From: Solirubrobacter soli DSM 22325
GTDB lineage: Bacteria; Actinomycetota; Thermoleophilia; Solirubrobacterales; Solirubrobacteraceae
DNA: 40,000 nucleotides
Assembly (NCBI RefSeq): GCF_000423665.1
Contig: NZ_AUIK01000001.1
Location: 360,669 to 400,668, forward strand
Direction of reading: 5' to 3'
Positions within the stretch are counted from its first letter, which is position 1; the number at the start of each line of letters is the position of its first letter. Below are positions 9,501 to 17,524 of the stretch, in pieces. Made by a program: the position numbers and the translations under genes. A model generated the notes under the pieces. That model saw only the letters and a program-made list of their open reading frames with translations. It ran no database searches and was not told where the DNA came from.

Positions 9501-10896
9501 CTCGACGCTGCAGGTCGCCGGGGCGCTCGCGATCGGGGCGGGCGCCGGAGCGTTCAACTGCAGCTCCGCCGACTCTCTGGTCGATGTCGTGGCCGGCAGC
9601 TCAGTCGGCCTGGCGGGCCCCGCGCGCACCTGGTTCTCGCGAGTGAGAAACGGAGGCGTGTTCACGGTCAGCGGCGAGCCTTTGACGTTCGCGGCGGGCC
9701 TGTCGAACGTCGCCGGCGGGACTCTGACCGGTGTCGGCACCGCGGCCGGAGCGATCACCAACGCGGGCGGGTTGATCTCTCCTGGCGCAGGCACTTTGAC
9801 GTTCCCGGACGCGTTGACGCAGACCTCCGGCCAGATCGACGTCGGCGCGGGTGAGACGTTGGCCAACGCGAAAGAACTCACGCTCTCTGGCGGGTCTTTG
9901 ACCGGCTCCGGGACGATCTCGGGCGATGTCGCGAACACCGACGCCACCCTCCGCCCCGGCCGCTTGACGATCAGCGGTGGCTACAAGCAGGGCGCGGGCG
10001 GCGTGTTGGAGACCGACATCAACAGCGTGAGCGACTTCGGCCAGATGATCGTCGGAGGCACCGCAAGCCTGAACGGCACCCTGGCGATCGTGCGCGCTCC
10101 GGCGTTCAACCCACCGACGGGCACGAAGTTCCAAGTCCTGACCGCCGCCACGCGCACCGGCACCTTCGCGACTTTGACCGGCACGACCTTCGGCGCCAAG
10201 TCCTTCGCCGACGACGGCTCCAAGCCCGGCTTCCGCTTGGTCGTCCTCGGCCCCGAAGCTCCCGTCGCGGGCACACCCACCATCACCGGCGAGCCGGTCG
10301 TCGGCAACGAGCTCACGTGCAACGAGGGGGTTTGGACGGGCTCCCCGACGTTCGCGTTCGCGTGGCTCCGCGACGGCGGTCTCGTCGGCGACGGCCGAAC
10401 TTACGACCTCGTCCCCGCCGACGCAGGCCACTCGCTGACCTGCCGCGTCACAGGCACGAACGCGGGCGGCAGCGTCACCGCAACGAGCGCCCCGGTCCTC
10501 GTCCCGGCCCCGACCCCCACACCGACGCCGACGCCGACCGCAACCCCGGTTGCGACCGTCTCACCCGTCGCCACTCCATCGCCGACACCGATCCCAACCC
10601 CGACGCCCCCACTTACGGGAGCAACCCCTCAACAGATCGGAGCGGCCTTCGGCCTCCCGTCCTCGCCCGGCTGCGTCCGCCGCGGCTCCTTCAAGATCCG
10701 CATCCGCGAACCCAGGGGCATCAAGATCAAGTCCGTCAAGCTCCTCCTCGACGGCAAGCCGGTGACCATCCACAACCGCACCGCCACCGTCGACACCCGC
10801 AAGCTCAAGAAGTCGACGTTCGCGGTCACGATCCGCATCACCACCACGGACAAACGCACCCTCACGGGCAAGCGCAGCTACAAGCTATGCAGGTAG
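6517..10896 (+). CDS. large secreted repeat protein (beta-helix/adhesin-like repeats, Ig-like module, Pro/Thr linker, basic C-terminal domain)
   Basis: 1459 aa. AAGGAG (6506-6511) lies 5 nt upstream of the ATG. The signal peptide is 'MRKACRALGIVVAATVFAVLVPPAAGA/AT'. About 4.5 repeats each carry 'GSFNCSSNDS'. The Ig-like module is 'GNELTCNEGVWTGSPTFAFAWLRDG...SLTCRVTGTNAGG'. The linker is 'PAPTPTPTPTPTATPVATVSPVATPSPTPIPTPTPP'. The tail is Lys/Arg-rich. Confidence 0.85.
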   Translation: MRKACRALGIVVAATVFAVLVPPAAGAATCNYVAPMPGFWQDPLNWDCPGGPTATDDVVLGTGDSVTLSADAAAASLSVTGATLTFGTSKLDVSGATVLNSGTLTGAGRLNAGGGFVKSTAGQMTLTSGVTVAPTADSTWTMGDLCVTNASTLRIQNALDIAAGAGSFNCSSNDSIVQFTATSLVTVAGTRSWFSRVDNDGTVSLGSGTLTLSAAAPNTDAGAWSIGAAAQLTISADRTVAAVTGAGTLLVNSGTTTVPNGGTLNPAVLTVSGGVVNVDGTTPALTLASVNLTGGTLGGTRNRTITSLAAQSGTLSGAQTTTVSGSFVKSTTGQLTVTGSTTIRPVIDVSWNAGDICITSGSTFRLQNELGIAAGAGSFNCSSNDSLVQLTPTASIDVAGGTRTWFSRVDNDGLVSLAAGALTLSAAGANTDAGSWAIAGGSQLTISADRTLAAVGGAGTLLVNSGTTTIPDGATLNPAVLTVSGGVLNVDGTAPALTLPVVNLTGGTLGGTRNRTITSLAAQSGTLSGAQTTTLNGFVKSTAGQLTVTGATTIRPVVDVSWNAGDICITSGSTFRIQNELDIAAAAGSFNCSSNDSLVQLTPTASIDVAGGTRSWFSRIDNDGLVKLDAGGLTLSAAGANTDAGAWSIAAPSQLTVSADHIFAAIGGAGTLLVNGGTTTIPQSATLNPAVLNLSGGVVTVDGTAPALTLPVVNLTGGTLGGTRARSIASLAAQSGTLTGAATTTVTGSFVKSTDNQLTLTGGVTVHPAIDVSWTGGSICITSGSSLQLDHALNVATGAGSFNCSSNDSLVRVSATGSIDVAGGTRTWFSQVDNDGLVSLDAGALTLGAAGANTDAGAWSIAAPAQLTISADRTLNAMGGPGTLVVNGGTLTVPDGGTLTPTVLQMLGGVVNLNGTQPATSWVQVALQGGTLAGTRNRSIGNLAVTSGTMSGPATTTVTGAFGKSGPNQLTLNGGVTLRVGNSAWDGGSVCVTNGSTLQVAGALAIGAGAGAFNCSSADSLVDVVAGSSVGLAGPARTWFSRVRNGGVFTVSGEPLTFAAGLSNVAGGTLTGVGTAAGAITNAGGLISPGAGTLTFPDALTQTSGQIDVGAGETLANAKELTLSGGSLTGSGTISGDVANTDATLRPGRLTISGGYKQGAGGVLETDINSVSDFGQMIVGGTASLNGTLAIVRAPAFNPPTGTKFQVLTAATRTGTFATLTGTTFGAKSFADDGSKPGFRLVVLGPEAPVAGTPTITGEPVVGNELTCNEGVWTGSPTFAFAWLRDGGLVGDGRTYDLVPADAGHSLTCRVTGTNAGGSVTATSAPVLVPAPTPTPTPTPTATPVATVSPVATPSPTPIPTPTPPLTGATPQQIGAAFGLPSSPGCVRRGSFKIRIREPRGIKIKSVKLLLDGKPVTIHNRTATVDTRKLKKSTFAVTIRITTTDKRTLTGKRSYKLCR
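6823..9700 (+). repeat. in-frame tandem coding repeats, period 633/636 bp (211-212 aa), 4 full units plus 1 degenerate partial unit
   Basis: Unit starts ('T-L/M-S/T-G') fall at 6823, 7456, 8092, 8725 and 9361. Each unit keeps two Cys ('GD(I/L)C(I/V)T' and 'SFNCSS') and the strings 'TRxWFSRVDNDG' and 'NLTGGTLGGTRNR'. Units 2 and 3 are near-identical over long DNA stretches. The end of the partial fifth unit is approximate. Confidence 0.85.
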
Positions 10897-11256
10897 CGGT
10901 TCAGGTGCATTGCTTGGTGATCGCCGAGCGTGATGACGGCCTCGTCACGCGCTCCGTGCTGCGCTCGCGAGCCTGACTGCTCGGTCCGAGAAATCGGCGT
11001 GGTCGCCGACAGCAGGGGCGAACTCTGCCGCGCTGCGACGACTAGAAGCGTGATCCTCGCACTTCAGCCACAATCTTCGAAGTTTCCAGAGCCGTGGCTC
11101 AACTCGCACAGCCGACTGGCGTGCCGCGCACCGGTTTTCCGCTCCATGCGGGATGAACCCTCCACGCGACCCCCGATCCGTCCGCTCCCCCTCGTACGGT
11201 GCTTGCTCGTGACTGGTCCTGACGCCCGTAGCCACGATCTGACGCTGGAACCGCTG

Positions 11257-11472
11257 ATGTCAGTTGATGACGTCGCGAAGTTCCTCCGGATCTCAGAAAG
11301 CGGCGTCTACCGCCTCACGCGAAGCGGCGAACTGCCGCGGGTCAAGGTTGGGAATCGCACGGTGTTCGACCCCGCCGACGTACGCAACTTCGTCGCGTCG
11401 CGTCGATGCGTGGGGTCGTCTGGCACCGGAACATTCGATGGGAAGACGTCGGGAGGCGTAGGCGATGAGTGA
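11257..11472 (+). CDS. small excisionase/MerR-like HTH (HTH_17-type) DNA-binding protein
   Basis: 71 aa from the ATG at 11257. '[46 protein letters not shown]' matches the 'lt..eaA..lgvs..tvyrl...G.lp..k.G.r..f....l..f' pattern. The 3-prime end overlaps the queC start by 8 nt. Confidence 0.75.
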   Translation: MSVDDVAKFLRISESGVYRLTRSGELPRVKVGNRTVFDPADVRNFVASRRCVGSSGTGTFDGKTSGGVGDE

Positions 11473-12169
11473 TCGGAACGCAGTCGTGCTGCTCAGCGGG
11501 GGACTCGACTCCGCCACCGTCCTCGCGATCGCGCAGGACGAAGGCTACGTCGTGAACGCCCTCTCGTTCAGCTATGGACAGCGTCACAGCGTCGAACTCG
11601 ATGCGGCGAAGACGATCGCGACGCGTGCGGGCGTCACTCGCCATGTCGTGGCCGATATCGATCTCCGGACGTTCGGCGGTTCCGCGCTCACGTCCGAGAT
11701 CGAGGTGCCCAAGGGGCGCAGTGACGAGCAGATGGGCGAAGACATTCCGGTGACGTACGTTCCCGCTCGCAACACCATCTTCTTGTCGTTTGCGCTCGCG
11801 TACGCAGAAGTGTCGTCGGCCGACCACGTCTTCATTGGGGTCAACGCCCTCGATTACAGCGGATATCCCGATTGCCGGCCCGAATACATCGAAGCCTTCG
11901 AGCGCATGGCAAACCTGGCGACACGGCGCGGCGTCGAGGGCCACGGCCTCACGATCCATGCCCCCCTCCAACACCTCACCAAGGCCGAAATCATCAAGCG
12001 AGGCGTCGAACTCGGGGTGGACTACAGCCTGACCCTTAGCTGCTACGACCCCGCGCCGGACGGTGCATCCTGCGGAACGTGCGACGCTTGCTCCCTGCGT
12101 CTCCGCGGGTTCGCTGAGAACGGTCTCGATGACCCAGCGGCGTATGTTGCTCAGCGAGAAGCTGCATGA
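11465..12169 (+). CDS. queC: 7-cyano-7-deazaguanine (preQ0) synthase QueC
   Basis: 234 aa. It has the PP-loop '[12 protein letters not shown]', the string 'SFSYGQRH', and the C-terminal Zn cluster '[21 protein letters not shown]'. Confidence 0.93.
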   Translation: MSDRNAVVLLSGGLDSATVLAIAQDEGYVVNALSFSYGQRHSVELDAAKTIATRAGVTRHVVADIDLRTFGGSALTSEIEVPKGRSDEQMGEDIPVTYVPARNTIFLSFALAYAEVSSADHVFIGVNALDYSGYPDCRPEYIEAFERMANLATRRGVEGHGLTIHAPLQHLTKAEIIKRGVELGVDYSLTLSCYDPAPDGASCGTCDACSLRLRGFAENGLDDPAAYVAQREAA

Positions 12170-12927
12170 CGGCGCCTACGACGCTGACACCGCGGGGCCA
12201 CGTCCGCGAGAAGACGTTTCCGATCATTGAGATCTTCGGCCCGACGATCCAGGGCGAGGGCGCGGAGGCGGGACTTCCCACGCACTTCGTTCGACTCGGC
12301 GGATGCGATTACCGCTGCTCGTGGTGCGACACGATGTACGCGGTCGATCCGGAGACAGTCAGGGCGACTGCGGTCTCGATGTCTTCGGACGGTATCGCGG
12401 AGCGAGTAGACCAACTTTCTGGACGACCGGACTGGGTCGCGATCAGCGGAGGGAACCCCGCTCTCCATCAACTCGACGGTCTCGTGGAACTTCTTCACGC
12501 CAGGGGATACCGGGTGTCCGTCGAAACGCAAGGCTCGCTTTGGCGAGATTGGCTTCACATGGTCGACCGTCTCACGATCTCCCCCAAGCCTCCAAGCTCC
12601 GGGATGTCATCCCCAAAGCATCTCGATCAGTTCAGCCGTTTCATGCGTCGCGCCATCGCGCGCAAGGACGTGCCCGCGGTGCTGAAGATCGTCTGCTTCG
12701 ACGACGTCGACCTCGACTGGGCGACGGAGCGCGCTGCCGAGTACCCAGATCTCCCGCTGTTCCTGTCCGCTGGCACGCCGGTGCCGGCAGTAGACGGTCT
12801 CCGCGACGCCGTAGGCATTCGCTATCGGTGGCTGTGCGAGCGGGTCGCCGAATCGCCCGCACTCTCAGCCGCTCGGGTTCTTCCACAGCTGCACGTCATC
12901 GCTTGGGAAGGAGCGAAAGGCGTATGA
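12166..12927 (+). CDS. queE: 7-carboxy-7-deazaguanine synthase QueE (radical SAM)
   Basis: 253 aa. '[34 protein letters not shown]' contains the Cx3Cx2C radical-SAM cluster. There is an ATGA overlap with queC at 12166-12169. Confidence 0.92.
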   Translation: MTAPTTLTPRGHVREKTFPIIEIFGPTIQGEGAEAGLPTHFVRLGGCDYRCSWCDTMYAVDPETVRATAVSMSSDGIAERVDQLSGRPDWVAISGGNPALHQLDGLVELLHARGYRVSVETQGSLWRDWLHMVDRLTISPKPPSSGMSSPKHLDQFSRFMRRAIARKDVPAVLKIVCFDDVDLDWATERAAEYPDLPLFLSAGTPVPAVDGLRDAVGIRYRWLCERVAESPALSAARVLPQLHVIAWEGAKGV

Positions 12928-13358
12928 ACCCGATCACTGCTGATCTGCATCAGGCCCGCCCCGCAAACGGGAGCGGATCGCCTGTCCGAACGCGCACGGA
13001 AATCTTCAAGGAGTTCACGTTCGAGGCAGCTCATCGCCTGCCGTTCGTCCCAGCCGAGCACAAGTGCTCACGGCTACACGGACACAGCTTCAGCGTCGAG
13101 ATCCATGTCTCCGGAGAGGTCGATCCCCGAACGGGGTGGCTGATGGACTTCGCGGACATCAAGACAGCCTTCAAACCATTGCTCGATCGGCTCGATCACT
13201 ACTACCTCAACGAGATCGACGGGCTCGAGAATCCGACGAGCGAGAACCTCGCTCAGTGGATCTGGGAGCGGCTCCAGCCGGCCCTTCCGGAGCTCAGCAA
13301 GATCGTCGTTCGCGAGACGTGCACCTCCGGGTGCGTTTACGTGGGGGGCGAGGCGTGA
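12924..13358 (+). CDS. queD: 6-carboxy-5,6,7,8-tetrahydropterin synthase QueD
   Basis: 144 aa from the ATG at 12924 (ATGA overlap with queE). The strings '[10 protein letters not shown]', '[15 protein letters not shown]' and 'DHYYLNEI' are present. Confidence 0.92.
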   Translation: MNPITADLHQARPANGSGSPVRTRTEIFKEFTFEAAHRLPFVPAEHKCSRLHGHSFSVEIHVSGEVDPRTGWLMDFADIKTAFKPLLDRLDHYYLNEIDGLENPTSENLAQWIWERLQPALPELSKIVVRETCTSGCVYVGGEA

Positions 13359-14152
13359 ATCCGCTCGCAGCCCTCGACCTAGAAGACGTCCAGAATCAAA
13401 CCGACGACCGCGGAGTCGCGATCGACCAGGTCGGGATCGCGGATCTGCGGGTGCCGCTCCGTGTCGCTGGCCGAGACGGCAGCGTCCAACAGACGATCGG
13501 GACCATCGAGATGGACGTGGACCTCGCGGCCGAGGTGAAGGGCACGCATATGAGCCGCTTCGTCGAGGCGCTCGTCGAACAAAACGGCCCGCTCGATGGA
13601 CCCGCGGTCGTCGCACTTGTCCACGATGTTCGAAGCCGGCTCGGCAGTACCCGAGCTCGGGTCAGTATGCGCTTCCCGTACTTCCTCAGCCGCTCAGCTC
13701 CGGTCACGGGTTTCGCCGCACCGGTCGACTACGACGGCACACTTCTCGCCGAAGCCGGACCTGTCACATCGCTCACGCTTGGCGTCCGGGTCCCGATCAC
13801 GAGTCTTTGCCCTTGCAGCAAGGAGATCAGCGACTACGGCGCCCACAACCAACGCGGCTACGTCGAGATACAGGTTCGGAGCGACGGCGAGTCGGACTTG
13901 TGGCTCGAAGACCTGATCGATATTGCGGAGGCGGCTGGCTCAGCCCCGATCTTCGCGCTGCTCAAGCGACAGGACGAGCGGCACGTGACGATGCAGGCGT
14001 ACGAGACGCCCGCCTTCGTCGAGGACATCGCCCGAGATGTCGCCGTAGCGCTTCGCAGCGACGCACGAATCGCCGGCTACGTCGTCCGAGTGACCAATCA
14101 CGAAAGCATCCACAATCACTCGGCCGTGGCCACGATCCGAGGCGGCGTGTGA
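13355..14152 (+). CDS. folE2: GTP cyclohydrolase I type 2 (FolE2/MptA family)
   Basis: 265 aa from the GTG at 13355 (GTGA overlap with queD). The strings 'GTHMSRF', '[23 protein letters not shown]' and '[12 protein letters not shown]' are present. Confidence 0.9.
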   Translation: MNPLAALDLEDVQNQTDDRGVAIDQVGIADLRVPLRVAGRDGSVQQTIGTIEMDVDLAAEVKGTHMSRFVEALVEQNGPLDGPAVVALVHDVRSRLGSTRARVSMRFPYFLSRSAPVTGFAAPVDYDGTLLAEAGPVTSLTLGVRVPITSLCPCSKEISDYGAHNQRGYVEIQVRSDGESDLWLEDLIDIAEAAGSAPIFALLKRQDERHVTMQAYETPAFVEDIARDVAVALRSDARIAGYVVRVTNHESIHNHSAVATIRGGV

Positions 14153-14796
14153 GCGAAGTGGTCAGGCGCGTCCACGTCGTGACGTCGTGCACCGCCCTCA
14201 AAGTCGACACGCGAGTTCCGGTGCCCGCTGAGACCCTCTATCGCGGCCAGCAGCACGTGCGCTTGATGCGCGGGGTGCAACGAGCTCGTGCCTTAGGCGT
14301 CCAGATCGATCTCTCGATCGTGTCCGCGAAGCATGGCGTGATCGCCGGCGACGCCCCCGTCGAGAGCTACGAACAGACGTTTCAAGGCATGGGCGTCGAG
14401 GCGCGCAGAAGTGTCGCTCGCACGCTCGGAATTCCACAAGCAATCCGGACGTCGCTAGACCATCCCTGCGATTTGCACGTCGTGCTTCTTGGGGATGACT
14501 ATCTCGCAGCGTGCGAGCTAGGAGCGGATGTCGCTCCTTCCGCCCCCACGCACCTGTTTTGTGCTGCCGGGTCGGCCCTGGGACTGCCGCGCATGTCCAA
14601 CGTTGCGATCTGGCCCATTCACGTCGAGGACACACGACGCTTCCAGTGCGGATACGTGGCGCTCAAGGGAGAGGTGGGTGGTCGACTTCTAGCGACGCTC
14701 GCCACAGGGCGTCTGTCGTTGGCTGAACTGACGTCCGATCCACTGGCCAAACTGGCATCGGCTGAACGTGATCAACTCGCGCTCTCCGTGGGATGA
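14149..14796 (+). CDS. dpdC: DpdC-like protein (assignment by position and size; candidate preQ0-DNA to ADG-DNA converting enzyme)
   Basis: 215 aa from the GTG at 14149 (GTGA overlap with folE2), located between the preQ0 genes and dpdA. 'VVTSCTALK...PAETLYRGQQ...IVSAKHGVIAGDAPVESYEQTF' resembles the YaaA/DUF328-like 'LSGLYGvl.p.d.i.pYrlem' core. Family membership was not verified. Confidence 0.5.
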   Translation: MSEVVRRVHVVTSCTALKVDTRVPVPAETLYRGQQHVRLMRGVQRARALGVQIDLSIVSAKHGVIAGDAPVESYEQTFQGMGVEARRSVARTLGIPQAIRTSLDHPCDLHVVLLGDDYLAACELGADVAPSAPTHLFCAAGSALGLPRMSNVAIWPIHVEDTRRFQCGYVALKGEVGGRLLATLATGRLSLAELTSDPLAKLASAERDQLALSVG

Positions 14797-16060
14797 CATT
14801 GTGCGCTTCTATTTCCCCGACAGCCAAGACCAGGTCGATCCGAGTTTCGACTTCCTCACTGAAGAGCGTTCGCCGTTCAGGATTCGGCAGCGCGACGACC
14901 TATACGCGCACGAGGTGCTCGATCCTGTCCCGTACACCGGCATGCTTGTCTCGAAGGCGATGGTCGACGGTGTCGATGGCGGCGCCGGCCGATACAGCGC
15001 CCAGCAACGGCAGCGGCTCTATCGAGTCGGGATCCGTGAGTTCTTTCGACTTAACACCCCGGATCGGGCGCACATCGAAACGATGGGCGACTGCGGCGCG
15101 TTTACCTACGTTCGCGAAGACGTGCCCCCGTACAGCGTCGACGATGTCATCGATTTCTATGAAGGCTGCGGATTCGACGCCGGCATTTCCCTCGACCACG
15201 TCATTCTCGGGTTCGAACTGCACGCGCCGCTAAGCGCGGATTTCGTTCCTGAGGACTGGTCTCAGCGCCGGGAACTGACGTTGCAACTCGCTGCGGACTT
15301 CCTCCGTCGCCACGCTGAACGTGGCTGCTCATTTCAGCCGGTAGGCGTTGCGCAGGGATGGAGTCCCGAGTCGTACGCGGCGTCCGTCGAGGCACTGCAG
15401 AAGATCGGCTACGGCCGGATCGCGCTCGGCGGGATGGTGGCGCAGAAGACCCACGAGATCCTCGCCGTGCTGCACGACATCGACGAGATCCGAGATCCGG
15501 CGACCGAACTCCATCTGCTCGGGATCACGAGAACCGAAAGCATCCCGGAGTTCGCCTCTTACGGAGTCACGAGTTTCGACAGTACGTCCCCGTTCCGTCA
15601 GGCGTTCAAGGACGATCGGGACAACTACCACGCCGACGAACGGACTTTTCTCGCGCTGCGCGTGCCGCAAGCCGAAGGAAACGTGAAGCTGCAGCGACGT
15701 ATTCGGGCCGGCGAGGTCGACGGCGCCCTTGCGCGGCGCCTCGAGCGTCGCGCGCTGGACACGCTCCGCTCGTTCGATGCGGGTCGCGCTACCGTCGATG
15801 ACGCGGTCGAGGTCCTGCGCGACTACGAGCGATTGCACGACGGTAAGCGAGATCGCTCGCACGCCTACCGCGAAGTGCTCGAGAGCGCACCGTGGAAGTC
15901 CTGCGAGTGCGCCGTCTGCCGCAGCGAATCGATCGAGGTAATCATCTTCCGCGGGACGGAACGCAACAAGCGGCGCGGATTCCACAACCTGACCGTCTTC
16001 GCGCGACGACTCGAGCGTCAGCTCGGGCAACCCGAGTCCCTGGTCCCGGCGGGAGCATGA
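14768..16060 (+). CDS. dpdA: DpdA, tRNA-guanine-transglycosylase-like DNA transglycosylase (TgtA5 type)
   Basis: 430 aa from the GTG at 14768. An in-frame GTG at 14801, 5 nt after the upstream stop, is an equally good start. The strings 'FYFPDSQDQVDPSFDF', 'MGDCGAFTY', 'ISLDH', 'IALGGM' and 'TSFDSTSP' are present, with the TGT-type Zn site 'CECAVCRS...x22...FHN'. Confidence 0.88.
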   Translation: MINSRSPWDDIVRFYFPDSQDQVDPSFDFLTEERSPFRIRQRDDLYAHEVLDPVPYTGMLVSKAMVDGVDGGAGRYSAQQRQRLYRVGIREFFRLNTPDRAHIETMGDCGAFTYVREDVPPYSVDDVIDFYEGCGFDAGISLDHVILGFELHAPLSADFVPEDWSQRRELTLQLAADFLRRHAERGCSFQPVGVAQGWSPESYAASVEALQKIGYGRIALGGMVAQKTHEILAVLHDIDEIRDPATELHLLGITRTESIPEFASYGVTSFDSTSPFRQAFKDDRDNYHADERTFLALRVPQAEGNVKLQRRIRAGEVDGALARRLERRALDTLRSFDAGRATVDDAVEVLRDYERLHDGKRDRSHAYREVLESAPWKSCECAVCRSESIEVIIFRGTERNKRRGFHNLTVFARRLERQLGQPESLVPAGA

Positions 16061-17211
16061 TGCCCAAATCCAAGAAGTCGCGCGCCGAGTTTCGAGTCCC
16101 CGCGCTCGCGATCGAGCAAACCAAGGGACGTACGCTGTACAGCTTCGCCGTCGACGGCAAAGCGCTTCCTGCGTTCGCTGCGGTGTCGCGTGTCAAGCGC
16201 GAGGCGAATCACGAGCTCGCTGGCTATCAGCGCGCAGAGTCCGTCGCGCACATCCGCACGATTCGGAAATACCTCGAGTCGGCGGACGCGATGTTGCCAA
16301 ATGCGCTTGTCGTGGCCTTCGACTCGAGCGTTCGATTCGAGAGCGACGACTCGGACGATGCGCAGACCAGGGTCGGGCATCTCGTGATTCCGATTATTGA
16401 AGGAGCCACTGAAGCCGAGAAGCCGGGATGGATCGTTGACGGTCAGCAGCGCACTGCCGCGATTCGCGAGGCGGAGATCGAGGATTTCCCGGTCTACGTC
16501 ACAGCGTTCGTCACGGACAGCGTCGCCGAGCAACGCTCGCAGTTCATCCTCGTCAACTCGACTAAGCCCTTGCCCAAGGGTCTTATCCACGAGCTCCTGC
16601 CTGCGACGCCAATCGGGGATCTCCCCCTCCTGCTGCTGAAGAAGCGCTACCCGGCCGTTCTACTCGATCGGCTGAATTACGACCCCGACTCGCCGCTCAA
16701 TCGTCGCATCCGGACACCCACGACGACCGAAGGAACGATCAAAGACAACTCGGTCCTTCGCATGCTCTCGATGAGCATCGAAGACGGCGCGCTGTATCAG
16801 TGGTTCGATCCGGAGAGCGGGACTGGCGACACGGACGCGATGTTGACGCTCGTCAAGAACTTCTGGCATGCGGTCGCGAGTGCCTTCCCGGACGCCTGGG
16901 ATCAATCGCCGCGCCGGTCTCGACTGGTCCACGGCGTGGGAATCGTCGCACTCGGGTCGGTCATGGACGAGATCGCGTACAACCTCCGCGAGGAGGGCGT
17001 CCCAACGGCGCGTCGCTTCGAGGAGCAACTCGCGCTGATCGAACCCCTGTGCAGGTGGACGCGCGGAATCTGGGATTTCGCTCCAGACGATCAGCGCCGG
17101 TGGAACGAACTGCAAAACACCCCCCGCGATATCAAGTTGCTGAGCGACTACTTGGCTCGTGCGTACCGGCGGGAGGCGACCGGTTCAACCAACATTGCCG
17201 CCGCGGCTTGA
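16057..17211 (+). CDS. dpdB: DpdB, DGQHR/DndB-family ParB-like (ATPase) partner of DpdA
   Basis: 384 aa from the ATG at 16057 (ATGA overlap with dpdA). The strings 'LAGYQRAESVAHIRTIRKYL', 'GWIVDGQQRTAAI' and 'QFILVNSTKPLPKGL' are present. Confidence 0.85.
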   Translation: MMPKSKKSRAEFRVPALAIEQTKGRTLYSFAVDGKALPAFAAVSRVKREANHELAGYQRAESVAHIRTIRKYLESADAMLPNALVVAFDSSVRFESDDSDDAQTRVGHLVIPIIEGATEAEKPGWIVDGQQRTAAIREAEIEDFPVYVTAFVTDSVAEQRSQFILVNSTKPLPKGLIHELLPATPIGDLPLLLLKKRYPAVLLDRLNYDPDSPLNRRIRTPTTTEGTIKDNSVLRMLSMSIEDGALYQWFDPESGTGDTDAMLTLVKNFWHAVASAFPDAWDQSPRRSRLVHGVGIVALGSVMDEIAYNLREEGVPTARRFEEQLALIEPLCRWTRGIWDFAPDDQRRWNELQNTPRDIKLLSDYLARAYRREATGSTNIAAAA

Positions 17212-17524
17212 CTCGACGGACCCAGGCTTCGTTGCCTACCTACGAGCCGAACTCGAGGAGCGACTTGAACAACTCGCCGTCGAGCGCGCGAGAATTCAGC
17301 GAGCGCTCAAGGTACTGGCCGACCCGATCGCACCGACGCCGATCGACGACCAAGTCCTCATGGCTGTCGCGGCCGCGCCCGGATCTCGCGGGTCGTTGAT
17401 CGCGCTGTCACTCAATGACAGTGCGGAAACCGTCGCGCGTGTCTTAGACGAACTCGCCGCGCGGGGCCTCGTCGAACGGAACCGGCTCGGCTGGGTGCCT
17501 CGACGCGTGTCGAGAGATACTTAG
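17159..17524 (+). CDS. small coiled-coil plus winged-helix (MarR/ArsR-like) protein; start uncertain
   Basis: Up to 121 aa. Candidate starts are GTG 17159, TTG 17195 and ATG 17360. The helical string 'FVAYLRAELEERLEQLAVERARIQRALKVL' is followed by the wHTH-like 'SLNDSAETVARVLDELAARGLVERNRLGWVP'. The stop TAG at 17522-17524 overlaps the convergent gene's TAA at 17521-17523. Confidence 0.55.
   Translation: MRTGGRRPVQPTLPPRLDSTDPGFVAYLRAELEERLEQLAVERARIQRALKVLADPIAPTPIDDQVLMAVAAAPGSRGSLIALSLNDSAETVARVLDELAARGLVERNRLGWVPRRVSRDT

Noticed and set aside
6823-9700. Regular ~635-bp periodicity considered as a CRISPR or other non-coding array.
   Set aside because: The period is far too long for a CRISPR array, there is no short repeat/spacer alternation, and the repeats are in frame within one ORF.
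7470-9947. An 825-aa minus-strand ORF and a 677-aa plus-strand out-of-frame ORF (7821..9854) inside the repeat protein gene.
   Set aside because: Both are by-products of the repetitive GC-rich coding sequence. Their translations are low-complexity (P/V/S or R/D/H rich) and lack start context, whereas the 6517-10896 frame has an RBS, a signal peptide and a coherent domain structure.
11130-11180. 'gcgggatgaaccctccacgcgaccccc' considered as a tRNA 3-prime remnant or att copy matching the tRNA-Thr end.
   Set aside because: The arms do not pair (GCGGG versus CCCTC), and identity to 38666-38700 is limited to scattered short matches. This cannot be called an att site by eye.
10930-11256. An N-terminal extension of the HTH gene (the 180-aa ORF 10930..11472).
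   Set aside because: The upstream 109 codons have non-protein-like composition (Cys/Arg/Ser/Pro rich). HTH_17 proteins are typically ~60-75 aa and begin at the HTH, so ATG 11257 was taken.
12303-12923. Upstream extensions of the queD, folE2, dpdC-like and dpdB ORFs (12303, 13064, 13807 and 15892 starts).
   Set aside because: These extensions lie out of frame over the preceding, well-supported genes and have shadow composition. Coupled starts at 12924, 13355, 14149 and 16057 fit homologue N-termini as I remember them.
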